From Octopus vulgaris (taxonomy: Eukaryota): DNA of 64,000 nucleotides. Below are positions 54,601-64,000 of the stretch, piece by piece (positions within the stretch are counted from its first letter, which is position 1; each line of letters starts with the position of its first letter). The notes beneath the pieces are model-generated. The model searched no databases. It had not been told where the DNA came from and saw only the letters and a list, made by a program, of their open reading frames with translations. Both the position numbers and the translations under genes were made by a program. The stretch lies in the NCBI GenBank assembly GCA_951406725.2, contig OX597815.1, positions 110,732,001-110,796,000 on the forward strand. Reading direction: 5' to 3'.

Positions 54601-55656
54601 TAATGTCAAGCCCTGTCAAACTGTCCAACCCCTGCCAGCATGGAAAGTGGACATTAAATGATAATGATATCTTCTCCATTTGTTTTTATGTCAATGCTTC
54701 CATGTTAATCTGGATACTAGATGAATACATTATCAAGACATTGTTTTAGAACTGGGAACCCCTCCAGTTGTTGACTTCCACCTATATAGTTCAAGAGATT
54801 TCTCACACCACATGTCTTTAAAGGAGCAAAAGTCACTGAATGATTTGTAGATAGGGGAAATGACAACAATGTCACTGCTTCTAGCTCAGTGATTTTTGGA
54901 AATGCATAAAAATAAACAAACACAGACACACACATACACATATAGACACAAGAAAGAATACCAGATGAACCATTTCTTTGACAGAACAGACAATTTTCAC
55001 AAAATTTATGAAACACCCAAACAGGCTCTGAACTATAATATTTTGAAAATTGATAATAATAACAATGATTTCAAATTTTGGTACAAAGCCAGTAATTTTA
55101 AATTGTAGGGGTAAGCCGATCATACCAACCCCAGTGCTCACCAAGAGGACGAAAGGCAAAATTGACCTACGTGGAATTTGAACTCAGAACGTAAAAAAAC
55201 ATACAAAATGCCATTAAGCATTTTGTCCAGCGTGCAAATGATTCTGCCAGCTGGCTATTTTATTAACAACAACAAAAAACAACAATAACAATAATAATAA
55301 TAATGTTGGATCATAGATATAGCATGCCCAGCTGACAACAAGGTATGCGATAAGGAAGACAGAAAAGTCAAGAGATACGACATGTTAGCTTGGGAAGTTA
55401 AGCAGTTGTGGTCGATGAAAAAGGTAGCAGTAGTATCAATAATTGTCGGAAGCCTGGGAACAGTGAGCAAAAGTCTCAAGAAGTATGTGGAACAAACAGG
55501 GGCTGCAATAAGGGTGGAACACTTGCAGAAAACAGCACTGCTTGGAACCGCTCGAATATGGCAGAAGGTGTTTGAAAAATAAGAGGTGTTACCTTAGTTC
55601 ACAGGTAGTGAACAGCTGACACCATAGTACATCTCCAGCGTTAGATGCTGTGCAAA

Positions 55657-55690
<34 letters not shown>

Positions 55691-56966
55691 TCTTGCACAG
55701 AAAGAGTACAAGCATAGACATGACAAAATAGTCTAAAACCTCCACTGACTACTACGCCGTAAATATGGATATGAGGTTATGGGTGCTTGGTACTTACACT
55801 GGAAAAGGTAATGGATGAAAAGGGGAAAGCAAAAATCCTCTGGGACTTTGATTTCCAGACAGACAAACTATTACAGCACCGTAGGCCAGATATAGTAACC
55901 TTTAGGAGGGACAAACAAGAGTGCCTAATAATTGACGTAGAAGTGTCAGGTGATCAACATATCATCATGAAAGAAAAAGTTGATAAATATGGAGACCTGA
56001 GAATTGAGATCGCTAAGATGTGGCAGCTACAAGAGTTGAACATAAAGATTATCTCTATTGTCATCGGAGCATTGGGTTCAATACCACCGAATCTGAAAAC
56101 CTTAGAAATACCCTACAATCTAGATGTATTGCAAAATTCGGCATTGCTTAGAATTGCATGCATATGGTGTAAAGTACTGTTTGCCTGAGGTCCTTGTTGT
56201 GACTTGACAAACAGTACAAACCCCCGGTAGACACAATATCTTCAATCAACAACCTCACAATATTGCATACTGTGCGACGTCTATAATAATAATAATGATC
56301 ATCTTCATCATAATCGTTTAATGTCCACTTTCAATGCTGGAATGGGTTGCATGGTTTGACTGAGGACTGGCGAGCCAGAGGCTGCACCATGCTCAATCTG
56401 ATCTGGCAAAGTTTCTACAGCTGGATGCCCTTCCTAATGCCAACCACTCCGAGAGTGTAGTGGGTGCTTTTACGTGCCACCAGCACGAGGGCCAGTCAGG
56501 CAGTTCTGGCATTGACCACACTCAAGAGGTGTTTTTACATGCTACCTGAATGGGAGCCAGTCTGACGGCACTGGCAACAACCATGCTCGAATGTTGTTTT
56601 TCACATGCCACTGGTACATGTGCCAGTAGGGTGATGCTGGAAACGATCATGCTCCAATGGTGCTTTTCACATGTCACTGGCATGGAAGCCAATCCATGAC
56701 CCTGGCAATGGTCACACTCGGATGTGTTTTTAATGTTCCACTGGTGCGAGTGACAATCGGGTGGTACTGTCATCGGCCATTAAGTTAAGATTATATAGGA
56801 CTGAGGTAACTCCTTCAGAAGTTATACAGAAATAAAAAGTAGAAGAGTGCCATAGTTATCATGTGAAATTGGTTAAATGATATTTCCACAGGTTCAAAAA
56901 TTACATGTAAGTGGAAGGCACGCTAGATGCCGAAATATCGTTCAATCAATTTCAGAAAAAAAAAAA

Positions 56967-56998
<32 letters not shown>

Positions 56999-59900
56999 TA
57001 ATAAATTACCTTCATCACAGATATTTGTATTTTCCAAGGTAGGTATTTCATTTGCAAGAATATTAAAAGCATGCTGAAAGAACAAAATTAGAATACCCAT
57101 ATAAACACTCACATATATATATATATAGACATATATGCATATACATATATACACACATACATAATATGCCCCACTCCCTCTTAAAGCTGAGTAATATTTG
57201 TTTTGCAGGTGCTGGTGCTATGTAAAACGCTCTCATGTCAAGTCCAAGTAAAATGCATAATGTTCATGAATGCTCATCAGACAAGGCATGCAACATCACA
57301 ATCATATATGAGACTGAAATCATTCCAACCAAACGGAATTAAATAACTTTATGACAAAATGCCAACAATAAAGGTAAGACTGACACAGCTAGAAACTTTG
57401 AATATTCACCTCAATCATAACAGAATAATACTGAACAAGGCAACAAAGCATTAAATATTAAGGACAAATGTTAAAATTAAATAACAAAAAAATAGAGATG
57501 GTTTTAATATGAAGCTGTTTCACATACCTTCATACACTTCTTAGTCAACTCTGACAACTGTAAATCAGTGGAAAGGCTTCCCTTGATATCACAAGTTATG
57601 TCTAAAATTGGAAAACATACATGTTTAATGAAAAGTTACACATTTAAGACATTAATGTAGTAGGAGCAGAAAGCAGTGCATGTCATGTAACTTAAAAGGG
57701 CTTTATAGCTTGGGTGACAGTGACAACTTCGTAAAAGTTAATTCTATCAATCTGTTCATGGTTAAGTGTTATGTTGTGAGGAAAGAGTAAGAAGAAAAGC
57801 AAAACATGGTAATTGCCCCCCTATTTACTTGCACTAATTTGCAAGCATAAAAGCACAATTCAGAGCTTGCTTCTGATCCCTTTGGGGAAACGAGAAAACC
57901 AAAACTCAAATATTATATCACATCACTAATCCAAGTTAAGGCACATGTAATAGGGATTAAGGTGTTGCACTCATGACCATAAAGTTGTAGACATGATTCC
58001 AGAACAGAATACTGTGTTTTGCCCCGGTGTACCAGCCATGTGCTGGTGCAGCCTGTTCTCTCTCCATAATTATAGTCATTATCAGTTAATGTCCACTTTC
58101 CATTGTATGGGTTGAACACCAGACAGGAACAGACTTTTTCAAAGTATTGAAAGCCAATCTCAAAACACTGAACCTTTAGAAGATGACAGAGGACAAAGAT
58201 ATGTGGTGCATTGCTGTACTCAAGAAGACCTGCCTGCCTGCCTGCGTGTGTGCATATGTGTGTGTTAAGAAGAATTTTGGATAATTCTTTATTAGTGCAT
58301 TTGTCAATTTAATCGAACTCTTCAGAAATAATGCATTATGTCTGAACAGTTTGACTGAACAGATGAGAGAGTTAATAAAGTACTATCTAAAATTCTAACT
58401 GCCTCCTTCTTCTTAATATACAATATCAGCACACCACTTCAAACATTCTATGCATATATATGTGTGTGTGTTTATTTGATATCTATTTTTACAAGCTGGC
58501 ATTGGTTGCAGGGAAACTTATTTGAGGATAAATTTTGTGGCCTGTTGTTTTTCTTGTTACCAACCCTTACCTGTTTTCCAAGTAAGGGATTTCTTTTTAT
58601 TCCACAAGCCATAAAAAGTGCAGAGTGACTGGTCATAAGGTCAACAGAAAGGTAAATATTACAGCAAGGGTTGTGACAATCAAAATGAATATGTCAATAT
58701 TCCTGCACATACATATACATATGCAATGGGCTTCATACAGTTTCTGCTTACCAAATTAACTCATAAGGCACTGGTTAGCCGAAAGCTATTGTAGAAAACT
58801 CATACACATATATAACTTTTGCTAATGTATATTAACAAAACATCTAAACAATGCAAAAACTGATTAAGAAAAATCTCTTTGAACAAATATACACTCTGCA
58901 GTATTTGTTCTGCCCATGTTACACTGAAAATTCCTTGTCACTCTTAGCATTAAAAATGCAATGAAACATTGATTGATCCAATGAAAGCAATATATGAATA
59001 ACCTATGTTTATAGGCTAAAACAAACTTTTTTTGAAACAATATATGCCTGGAACCATCTATATAACAACCATTAGTGACACATTTACAGTCACATGGGTC
59101 TGTTCAGTTTACTATAATCCTCTTGCATTCAAATTACTCTGTCAAATGTAATGTCACTGTTTAGAGTTAATCATGCATTATTTTATAGCTTCAAGATTTT
59201 GATGATGTGCTTTCTTATTTTAAGAATGGCATTGCAAAGTAGGTGCGGCAGGCTGGATCTGGTTACTTTGAACATAAAACAGACAGAATATTTGGACTGT
59301 ATATGACAGGTTTATATGCCCAATGGATAAAAGAATGTGAAATGGAAAAAAGATGGTAAAATTTGAAGAACCCTGCTTATTTCTTACAAGAAATTGAAGA
59401 ATTTTAAGAAAGAAAAGGAACGCTGGTTTATCTTCCATTCTTGTTAACAAGCTCATAGGCACAATGAGGTAAGAAGTTTGCTTCTTAACCACAAGGTTCT
59501 GAGTTCAGTCCCACTGTGTGGCACCTTGGGCAAGTGTCTTCTCCTATAGCCACAGGCTGACCAAAGTCTTGTGAGTGGATTTGGTAAATGGAAACTGAAA
59601 GAAGCCCATTGTGTATCATTATCATCATTAAACGTCCATTTTCTATGCTGGCATGAGTTGGATGGTTTGACTGACAACTGGTAAGCTGCATTAAGTTCCA
59701 GTTAGATGTGGCAATTGTTTCTATGGCTGGATGCCCTTCTTAACACCACCACACCAAGAATGTAGCGGGTGCTTTTTATGTGCCAGTTACGTAACACCAG
59801 CATCGGCCACAACTATAATCTCACTTGAACGGTGCTTTTTACATACCACCGGAATGAATGTCAGTTACACAATACTACGACTACGATACACTTGGCTTAA

Positions 59901-61067
59901 TATGTTTTCTCAAGCACAGCATATTGCCCAATGTTCAAAGGGTGCTTTTTATGTGCCAGTTACATATGGCACTGTTATCGGCCAGGACTCCAATTTCACT
60001 TGGCTTGACAAGTCTTCTCAAGTATGATATATCGCTAAAAGTCTTGGTCACTTGTCATTGCCTCTGTGAGGTCCAACATTCAAACATGTTTCACCACCTT
60101 GTCCCATGTCTTCCTGGGTCTACCTCTTCCACAAGTTCCCTCCACTGTTAGGGTATGGCACTTCTTCACACAGCTGTCCTTGTCCATATGCATCACGACC
60201 ATACCAGCACACTACATCTGATGCTGTTTACGCCCAATTATTTTTTCAAGATGCTTACACTCTGTCGTGCATGCACACTGGCATCATACATCCAGTGAAG
60301 CATACTAGCTTCATATCTGTCAAGCCTACATGTGTCCTCAATGGTCACAGCCTATGTCTCACTGGCTGTTCACACACATGCATCATATAATCTGCCTTTC
60401 ATTCTGAGAGAGAGTCCCTTTGTTACCAACAAAGGTAGGAGCTCATTGAACTTTACCCAGCCTATTCTCATTCTAGCAGCTATGCTCTCAGAGCATCCAT
60501 CTGAGCTACTGACTTGATCACTTAGGTAATGGAAGCTATCAATTACTTCTAGTTTTCTTCCCTGGCATTTGATGGAGTCTATTTTCTGTACATTTTTAGT
60601 GTTAACTGTACCCGTGCACCTTCCACACACAAAAACTATTTTCCCGGTTAACCTTCCTCTGATATTGTTGTACCTCTTATGTGTCTATAGCTTACACCAG
60701 GTCCATCTTATGGAGTTTTTACCTATGCCTTTTCTACAGGTTGAGCGGGGCCATCTACCAGAAAAGATTTGTGATTTGTCTGCTCTCCTACTTACTAAGA
60801 CTTTGGTTTTTACTAGATTAACTCTAAGGCCCTTTGATTCTAGGCCTTGCTTTCACGTCTGAAATTTCTTCTCTAGCTCTGGTAGTGATTCGGCTATAAG
60901 AAGAAAATCATCAGCATAGAGGAGCTCCCATGGGTAGCCTGTCTTAAATTTTTGTTATTGCCTAGAGGATTATGATGAGCAAGAGGGAGCAGAGGACTGA
61001 TGGTTGGTGAACCCCTACTTATACACTAAATTCATCACTATACTCATTGTTAATCTTCACCTTACTG

Positions 61068-61103
<36 letters not shown>

Positions 61104-62763
61104 TAGTGTTTATATCCTTGTAACTTAGCAGTTTGGCAAAAGTGACTGACAGAATAAGTACTAGGCTTAGCAGAAAAATAAGTACTAGAGTCGATTCATT
61201 CAACTAACATTCTTCAAGGCAGTGCCCCAGCATGGCCACAGTCTAATGGACTGAAACAAGTAAAAGATAAAACATAAAAGAGGTATGTAGATTTAGATAT
61301 TTGATTGTGTAGCAATTACATACAGTTGCATGTACTCTTTTACTTGTTTCAGTCATGTGACTGTGGCCATGCTGGAGCACTGCCTTTAGTCAAGCAAATC
61401 GACCTCAGGACTTATTCCTTCTAAGTGTAGTACTTATTCTATCAGTCTCTACTGCCGAACTGCTAAGTTACAGGGACGTAAACTCACCAGCATCGGTTGT
61501 CAAGCGATGTTAGGGGGGACAAACAGAGACACACACATACATATATACAAAGTGCTTCTTTCAGTTTCCGTTTACCAATTCCACTCACAAAGCTTTGGTC
61601 GGCCTGAGACCATAGTAGAAGACATTTGCCCAAGGTGCCACGCAATGGGACTGAACCTGGAACCATGTGGTTCATAAGCAAGCTACTTACCACACAGCCA
61701 CTCCTGCGCCTATGAATATATATATGTATGAATATACGATTCTTACATGTTACATCATAAAGCATTTTCTAACATAACCGTAGCTACAAAATTGAAAAAC
61801 ATAAAATCAGCAGATATGTTTGAGTGTGACGAGTGTTACATAATATTATGACCCAGATTTGACAGAGCCCTTTTAGTTAGAAACTTAATGGTATTATTGT
61901 TGTTGCTTAGCTCTATATCAACCATGATTTAACAGACTTATGGTCAAAGGTATTTTGAGCCACAGCCATCTTGCATTACAACTTAAGACCATTTGATCAA
62001 ATGTCTCTTTAAGATGATGATAACAGAGCATGATTTGAAGGAGATTTGGCCGTTATTTCTAGGAAGTCAACAATGTAAACACTCCACTGATTTCTGTGAC
62101 CTGTAAGAATCATATCAGTTGGTTTATTATTAGATGAAATAAAATTATTCTTAAAGGTCACAGATAACATATATGATTAAATAGAATGTTACCACAGCAT
62201 GGTATTGTAATAAGACTCAGACACCTTACTAGGTGTATGTTATTACAGTGAGGTGTAGTGAACTATGAAGAGTGAGGGTCTTAGACATTGCAGCACTAGA
62301 TTATAAATCTTTGACTCCACTACACCAGCTGGTAGTCCGACACCTTAAAAAGCCTCACTAAAGCGAGCCAATGAAGGAGTACCTACATTATTGGTCAACC
62401 TACAAGAAATAGCAGCCAAATTACTCTCAAATTACACCTGCTATCTTAAGAAAGGAAGAACACATTGGATAATGTTGTCCTAAATAGAAAGTCTGACTGG
62501 TCAAGATTGATAAGGCTGAGCTATGGTTCAACAACAACATCATGGTAATGATAATATTAATATAAACCACATTTGGTTATGATAGATACCTTCAATGGTT
62601 TTTTTTACCCCCTACTTCTATTAATACTAACAAATTTTGATGAATGTTCTACAAGAATCTCACCTAATTTGTTGTCTTGGAATTGCTTGGCTCTTCCTGG
62701 AGTAAAAGAAGACCTCCTGGCTTTCTTTTTAGTAAAATTAACCTTTTCTGTGTCCACTTCCAT
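36502..62763 (-). CDS. DSN1: Kinetochore Mis12-complex subunit DSN1-like gene, 9 coding exons (62763-62664, 57601-57528, 57073-57010, 51784-51709, 51495-51427, 48678-48607, 42894-42750, 41359-41266, 36605-36502), ~265 aa; 5' end possibly outside window
   Basis: All introns are GT-AG and phases chain 1,0,1,2,2,2,0,1 with no stop. Spliced protein: MEVDTEKVNFTKKKARRSSFTPGRAKQFQDNKLDITCDIKGSLSTDLQLSELTKKCMKHAFNILANEIPTLENTNICDEVEAALLKKINAMTEENVFHNLYHKERCSLNPLSKQIDSTNNQYKSCITVIEEESRCWDELKHKTRKMVTDAELRDVIKLKNYKDLPEAVLETSENYLPAVEFEPKKIQETINQSLKSADISVIYLQIASSILQESAKSVHSQAEALQLLYAKNESKMLPNSMKDTPHKLLQRIPVSNETRQQQDME*. Motif order matches Dsn1/Mis13: basic RRxS, IxxxL..L..L helix, NP...I..E..W..L coiled coil, C-terminal P-x-KLL. 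Gene structure is more certain than the name. Confidence 0.8.
36950..39085. mobile_element. piggyBac-like non-autonomous element (outer copy), inside an RTE fragment (~36800-39510)
   Basis: Ends (t)cctttc..gaaaggg with decayed TTAA flanks; interrupted by a same-family copy; RTE 3' sequence resumes after 39090. Confidence 0.75.
37042..38467. mobile_element. piggyBac-like non-autonomous element (inner copy) with internal ~180-bp tandem duplication (37561-37900)
   Basis: TTAA|CCCTTTCGTTACTA..TAGTACCGAAAGGG|TTAA; no transposase ORF. Confidence 0.9.
39890..40330 (-). mobile_element. Decayed HERO-like RLE LINE 3' end
   Basis: EPVAMGFRGSVGHSLSKVFNQLSFTEMARKRTIQSTSEAAE resembles the P.EVG.RGF.G.SL...I....EAAE C-terminus of HERO-type elements. 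Confidence 0.55.
41266..41359 (-). CDS. DSN1: DSN1-like exon 8 (VIYLQIASSILQESAKSVHSQAEALQLLYAK)
   Basis: Acceptor ccctcttttcag, donor AAA|gttagt; phase 0-1. Confidence 0.85.
41461..41679. mobile_element. TTAA-flanked MITE (piggyBac-like); decayed relative at ~59115-59330
   Basis: TTAA|CCTTTTAGCATT..AATGACAAAGGG|TTAA. Confidence 0.75.
41876..42397. mobile_element. Tigger/pogo-like MITE
   Basis: TA|CTGTAAATCCTCGAGTATAGTCC..GGATTATACTCGAGGATTTACGG|TA; TIRs plus TA TSD. Confidence 0.85.
42750..42894 (-). CDS. DSN1: DSN1-like exon 7 (LRDVIKLKNYKDLPEAVLETSENYLPAVEFEPKKIQETINQSLKSADIS)
   Basis: Acceptor tttatttttcaatcag, donor AGT|gtaagt; phase 2-0. Confidence 0.85.
43396..44243 (-). mobile_element. 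Internally deleted Tc1/mariner-superfamily element
   Basis: TA|CAGGGTG..CACACTG|TA ends; minus-strand PPNFPDCNPLDYVWGTVERETN resembles WPPxSPDLNPLDY.VW. Confidence 0.8.
44772..46440 (-). mobile_element. Young 5'-truncated RTE-clade LINE (ORF2 C-terminus 45697-~46440, 3'UTR array, (GAT)n tail)
   Basis: Uninterrupted LEVVDSFRYLG, RVRIAWAKFREL, LYDACVRTAMLHGSETW, RRMRWYGHVMR, GRGRPRKTW, DRDLWR motifs; CpGs retained. Confidence 0.92.
44935..45645. repeat. ~12 x 60-63-bp GC-rich tandem array in the RTE 3'UTR
   Basis: Unit gaacggatggtgcttttacgtgtcaccggcacgggggccagacagggctggcaaacggccac with variants. Confidence 0.95.
46518..46702. mobile_element. hAT-type MITE
   Basis: TIR CAGTGCTCTG..CAGAGCACTG; 8-bp TSD ccctaaac at 46510-46517 and 46703-46710. 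Confidence 0.9.
46910..47900. mobile_element. Cluster of RTE-LINE 3' fragments in both orientations; others at ~27140-27290, 53063-53165, 56297-56780, 62835-63355
   Basis: (cat)n..ttccatgctggcatgggttggacgg tails; RPKKTLDEVVKHNLQMLGLTEAMTSDQDHWRY at 47438-47565. Confidence 0.8.
48607..48678 (-). CDS. DSN1: DSN1-like exon 6 (VIEEESRCWDELKHKTRKMVTDAE)
   Basis: Poly-T acceptor ending cttattaag, donor GCT|gtaagt; phase 2-2; E-x3-W-x2-L motif. Confidence 0.85.
48878..49097. mobile_element. piggyBac-like MITE sharing termini with the 37042 element
   Basis: TTAA|CCCTTTTGTTACT..AGTAACGAAAGGG|TTAA. Confidence 0.85.
50262..50652 (-). mobile_element. Near full-length SINE family A copy in a DSN1-like intron
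   Basis: Head, core, internal microsatellite and tail all present. Confidence 0.88.
51427..51495 (-). CDS. DSN1: DSN1-like exon 5 (RCSLNPLSKQIDSTNNQYKSCIT)
   Basis: Acceptor aatttatttcag, donor TGT|gtaagt; phase 2-2. Confidence 0.85.
51709..51784 (-). CDS. DSN1: DSN1-like exon 4 (VEAALLKKINAMTEENVFHNLYHKE)
   Basis: Acceptor ttttcacatttttag, donor GCG|gtatga; phase 1-2. Confidence 0.85.
51920..53058. mobile_element. Penelope-like pseudo-LTR remnant with direct and inverted copies
   Basis: 52005-52140 is repeated at 52725-52862; 52663-52765 is inverted at 52957-53056; GA-rich spacer; no ORF. Confidence 0.6.
55300..56295 (+). mobile_element. Two consecutive 5'-truncated RLE LINE ends (~55305-55660 and ~55690-56280) separated and bounded by (TAA)n
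   Basis: IIDIACP..KVKRYDML..IIVGSLG..LQKTALLGT and ILWDFDFQTD..RRPDIV..CLIIDV..KVDKYGDL..IVIGALG..LQNSALL. Confidence 0.85.
57010..57073 (-). CDS. DSN1: DSN1-like exon 3 (HAFNILANEIPTLENTNICDE)
   Basis: Acceptor ttttgttctttcag, donor AAG|gtaatt; phase 0-1. Confidence 0.85.
57528..57601 (-). CDS. DSN1: DSN1-like exon 2 (DITCDIKGSLSTDLQLSELTKKCMK)
   Basis: Acceptor ttttccaattttag, donor AAG|gtatgt; phase 1-0. Confidence 0.85.
59615..61068 (-). mobile_element. Older, decayed RTE-clade LINE including the RT active site
   Basis: PWELLYADD at ~60933-60907, GLRVNLVKTK, Cys-rich insert, LEVIDSFHYL; stops and frameshifts. Confidence 0.88.
61335..61712 (-). mobile_element. Near full-length SINE family A copy, tail-to-tail with the partial copy at 61100-61270
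   Basis: Family A head, core and tail; partial CpG decay. Confidence 0.88.
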
Positions 62764-62765
62764 TT
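62664..62765 (-). CDS. DSN1: DSN1-like exon 1 in window (MEVDTEKVNFTKKKARRSSFTPGRAKQFQDNKL), 102 nt, phase 1-1
   Basis: Acceptor catttacttcag, donor TAG|gtgaga; ATG at 62763; basic RRSS motif. Confidence 0.8.
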   Translation of the reverse strand, partial: KWKWTQKRLILLKRKPGGLLLLQEEPSNSKTTN

Positions 62766-64000
62766 CTGAAGTAAATGTGAGAAATACAAAAGAGGATAAA
62801 ATAAAACAAACAACAGAATATACTCTTTCCTTTTCATCATTATCATCATCATCTTTTGATGCCCACTTTCCATGCTGGCATGGGTTGGACGGTTTGACTG
62901 AGGACTGGCAAGCCAGGAGGCTGCTCCAGGCTCCAATCTGATCTGACAAAGTTTCTACAGCTGGATGCCCTTCCTAACATCAACCACTCTGAGAGTTTAG
63001 TGGGTGCTTTTTACATGCCACCGGCACAGGAGCCAGTTTGGTCGGATTGGCATTGACCACACTCAAATGGTGCTCTTTACATGCCACTGGCACATGTGCC
63101 AGTCAAGCAGTACTGGCATCAGCCACAACAATGATTTCTTTAACTCAACAGGTCTTCTCAAGCACAGTATATTGCCCAATGATTGAAGGGTACTCTTAAA
63201 TGGGCTGGTTATGTGACACTGGCATAGGCCTTGGCTACAGTCTCACTAGGTCTTCTCAAGCACAGCATATCTCCAAACATCTCAGTCACTTATTATTGCC
63301 TCTGTGAAGCCCAACATTCAAAGGTTGTGCTTCACAACCTTATCCCAGGTCTTCCTTTTGTATGATGAAATAATGTTCCTATGAATAAGCACACTACACA
63401 TTCAGGAACATTAAAAACAAAAAAAAAACGTGGCTATGTGGTTAAGAAGTTTGTGTTGTAAGGTCCCACTGCACAGTACCTTGGGCAAGTGTTTTCTACT
63501 ATTGCCTCAGGCCAACCTAACCTTGTAAGATTTGGTACTAAGAAACTGAAAGAAGCCATCGTATATACATAAATATAGATGAAAGTGTGTTTGTGAGAAT
63601 CCTTGTTTTGACATCATGTGATGGCTGTAAACAAGCATCAGTCATAGAAGAGGTGTTGTTTATTTTCAGTCTTCCATGAAAACATGTCTAGTCCTGGGAA
63701 AATATTACTTTCCTTGGAAACAGGTGAGGGTTGGCAACAAGAAAAGTGGTCAGCCGTAGAGAAAGTGCCACAAAAAATTTGGTTCCATTCAAGCAAGCAT
63801 CAAAAAAGGGACATTAAATGATGATGGTATGTGTGTGTGTGCTTAAAGCAGTAAAGAGAACCCTCAGCTTTATATATGAATTGCTATTTTTAATGAAATC
63901 AAAGTGGTTTCCAACTTTTTTTAAAACTCATTAAACACTTTGGCAACATGATTCTGGGTTCAGTCCCGCTGCGTGGCACCTTGGGCAAGAGTCTTCTACT

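Overview
AT-rich, microsatellite- and transposon-dense animal DNA. The SINE and RTE-LINE families look like those of Octopus (inferred from recognition of the repeats, not from a search). The one host gene I can support is a 9-exon minus-strand gene (36502-62763), assembled by hand from GT-AG sites with consistent phases. It encodes about 265 aa resembling the kinetochore Mis12-complex subunit DSN1; upstream exons may lie beyond the window. The ORF track misses it as a unit. The rest is repeats: two abundant tRNA-derived SINE families, RTE LINEs (one young copy with a PHD-like finger and a ~61-bp 3'UTR array), (TAA)n-associated RLE LINE ends, Penelope-like remnants, Tc1/mariner, hAT, piggyBac-like and MULE/Merlin-like elements, and a Helitron. 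Notable structures: an in-frame skippable exon carrying the DSN1 RRSS motif, a 21-bp hairpin just after the DSN1 stop, a near-perfect 120-bp-arm palindrome, a self-nested piggyBac-like element, and a switch from CpG-retaining to CpG-depleted DNA near 32.3 kb. I found no convincing wholly new system (no CRISPR, no Fanzor/TnpB). Most listed ORFs are microsatellite artefacts.
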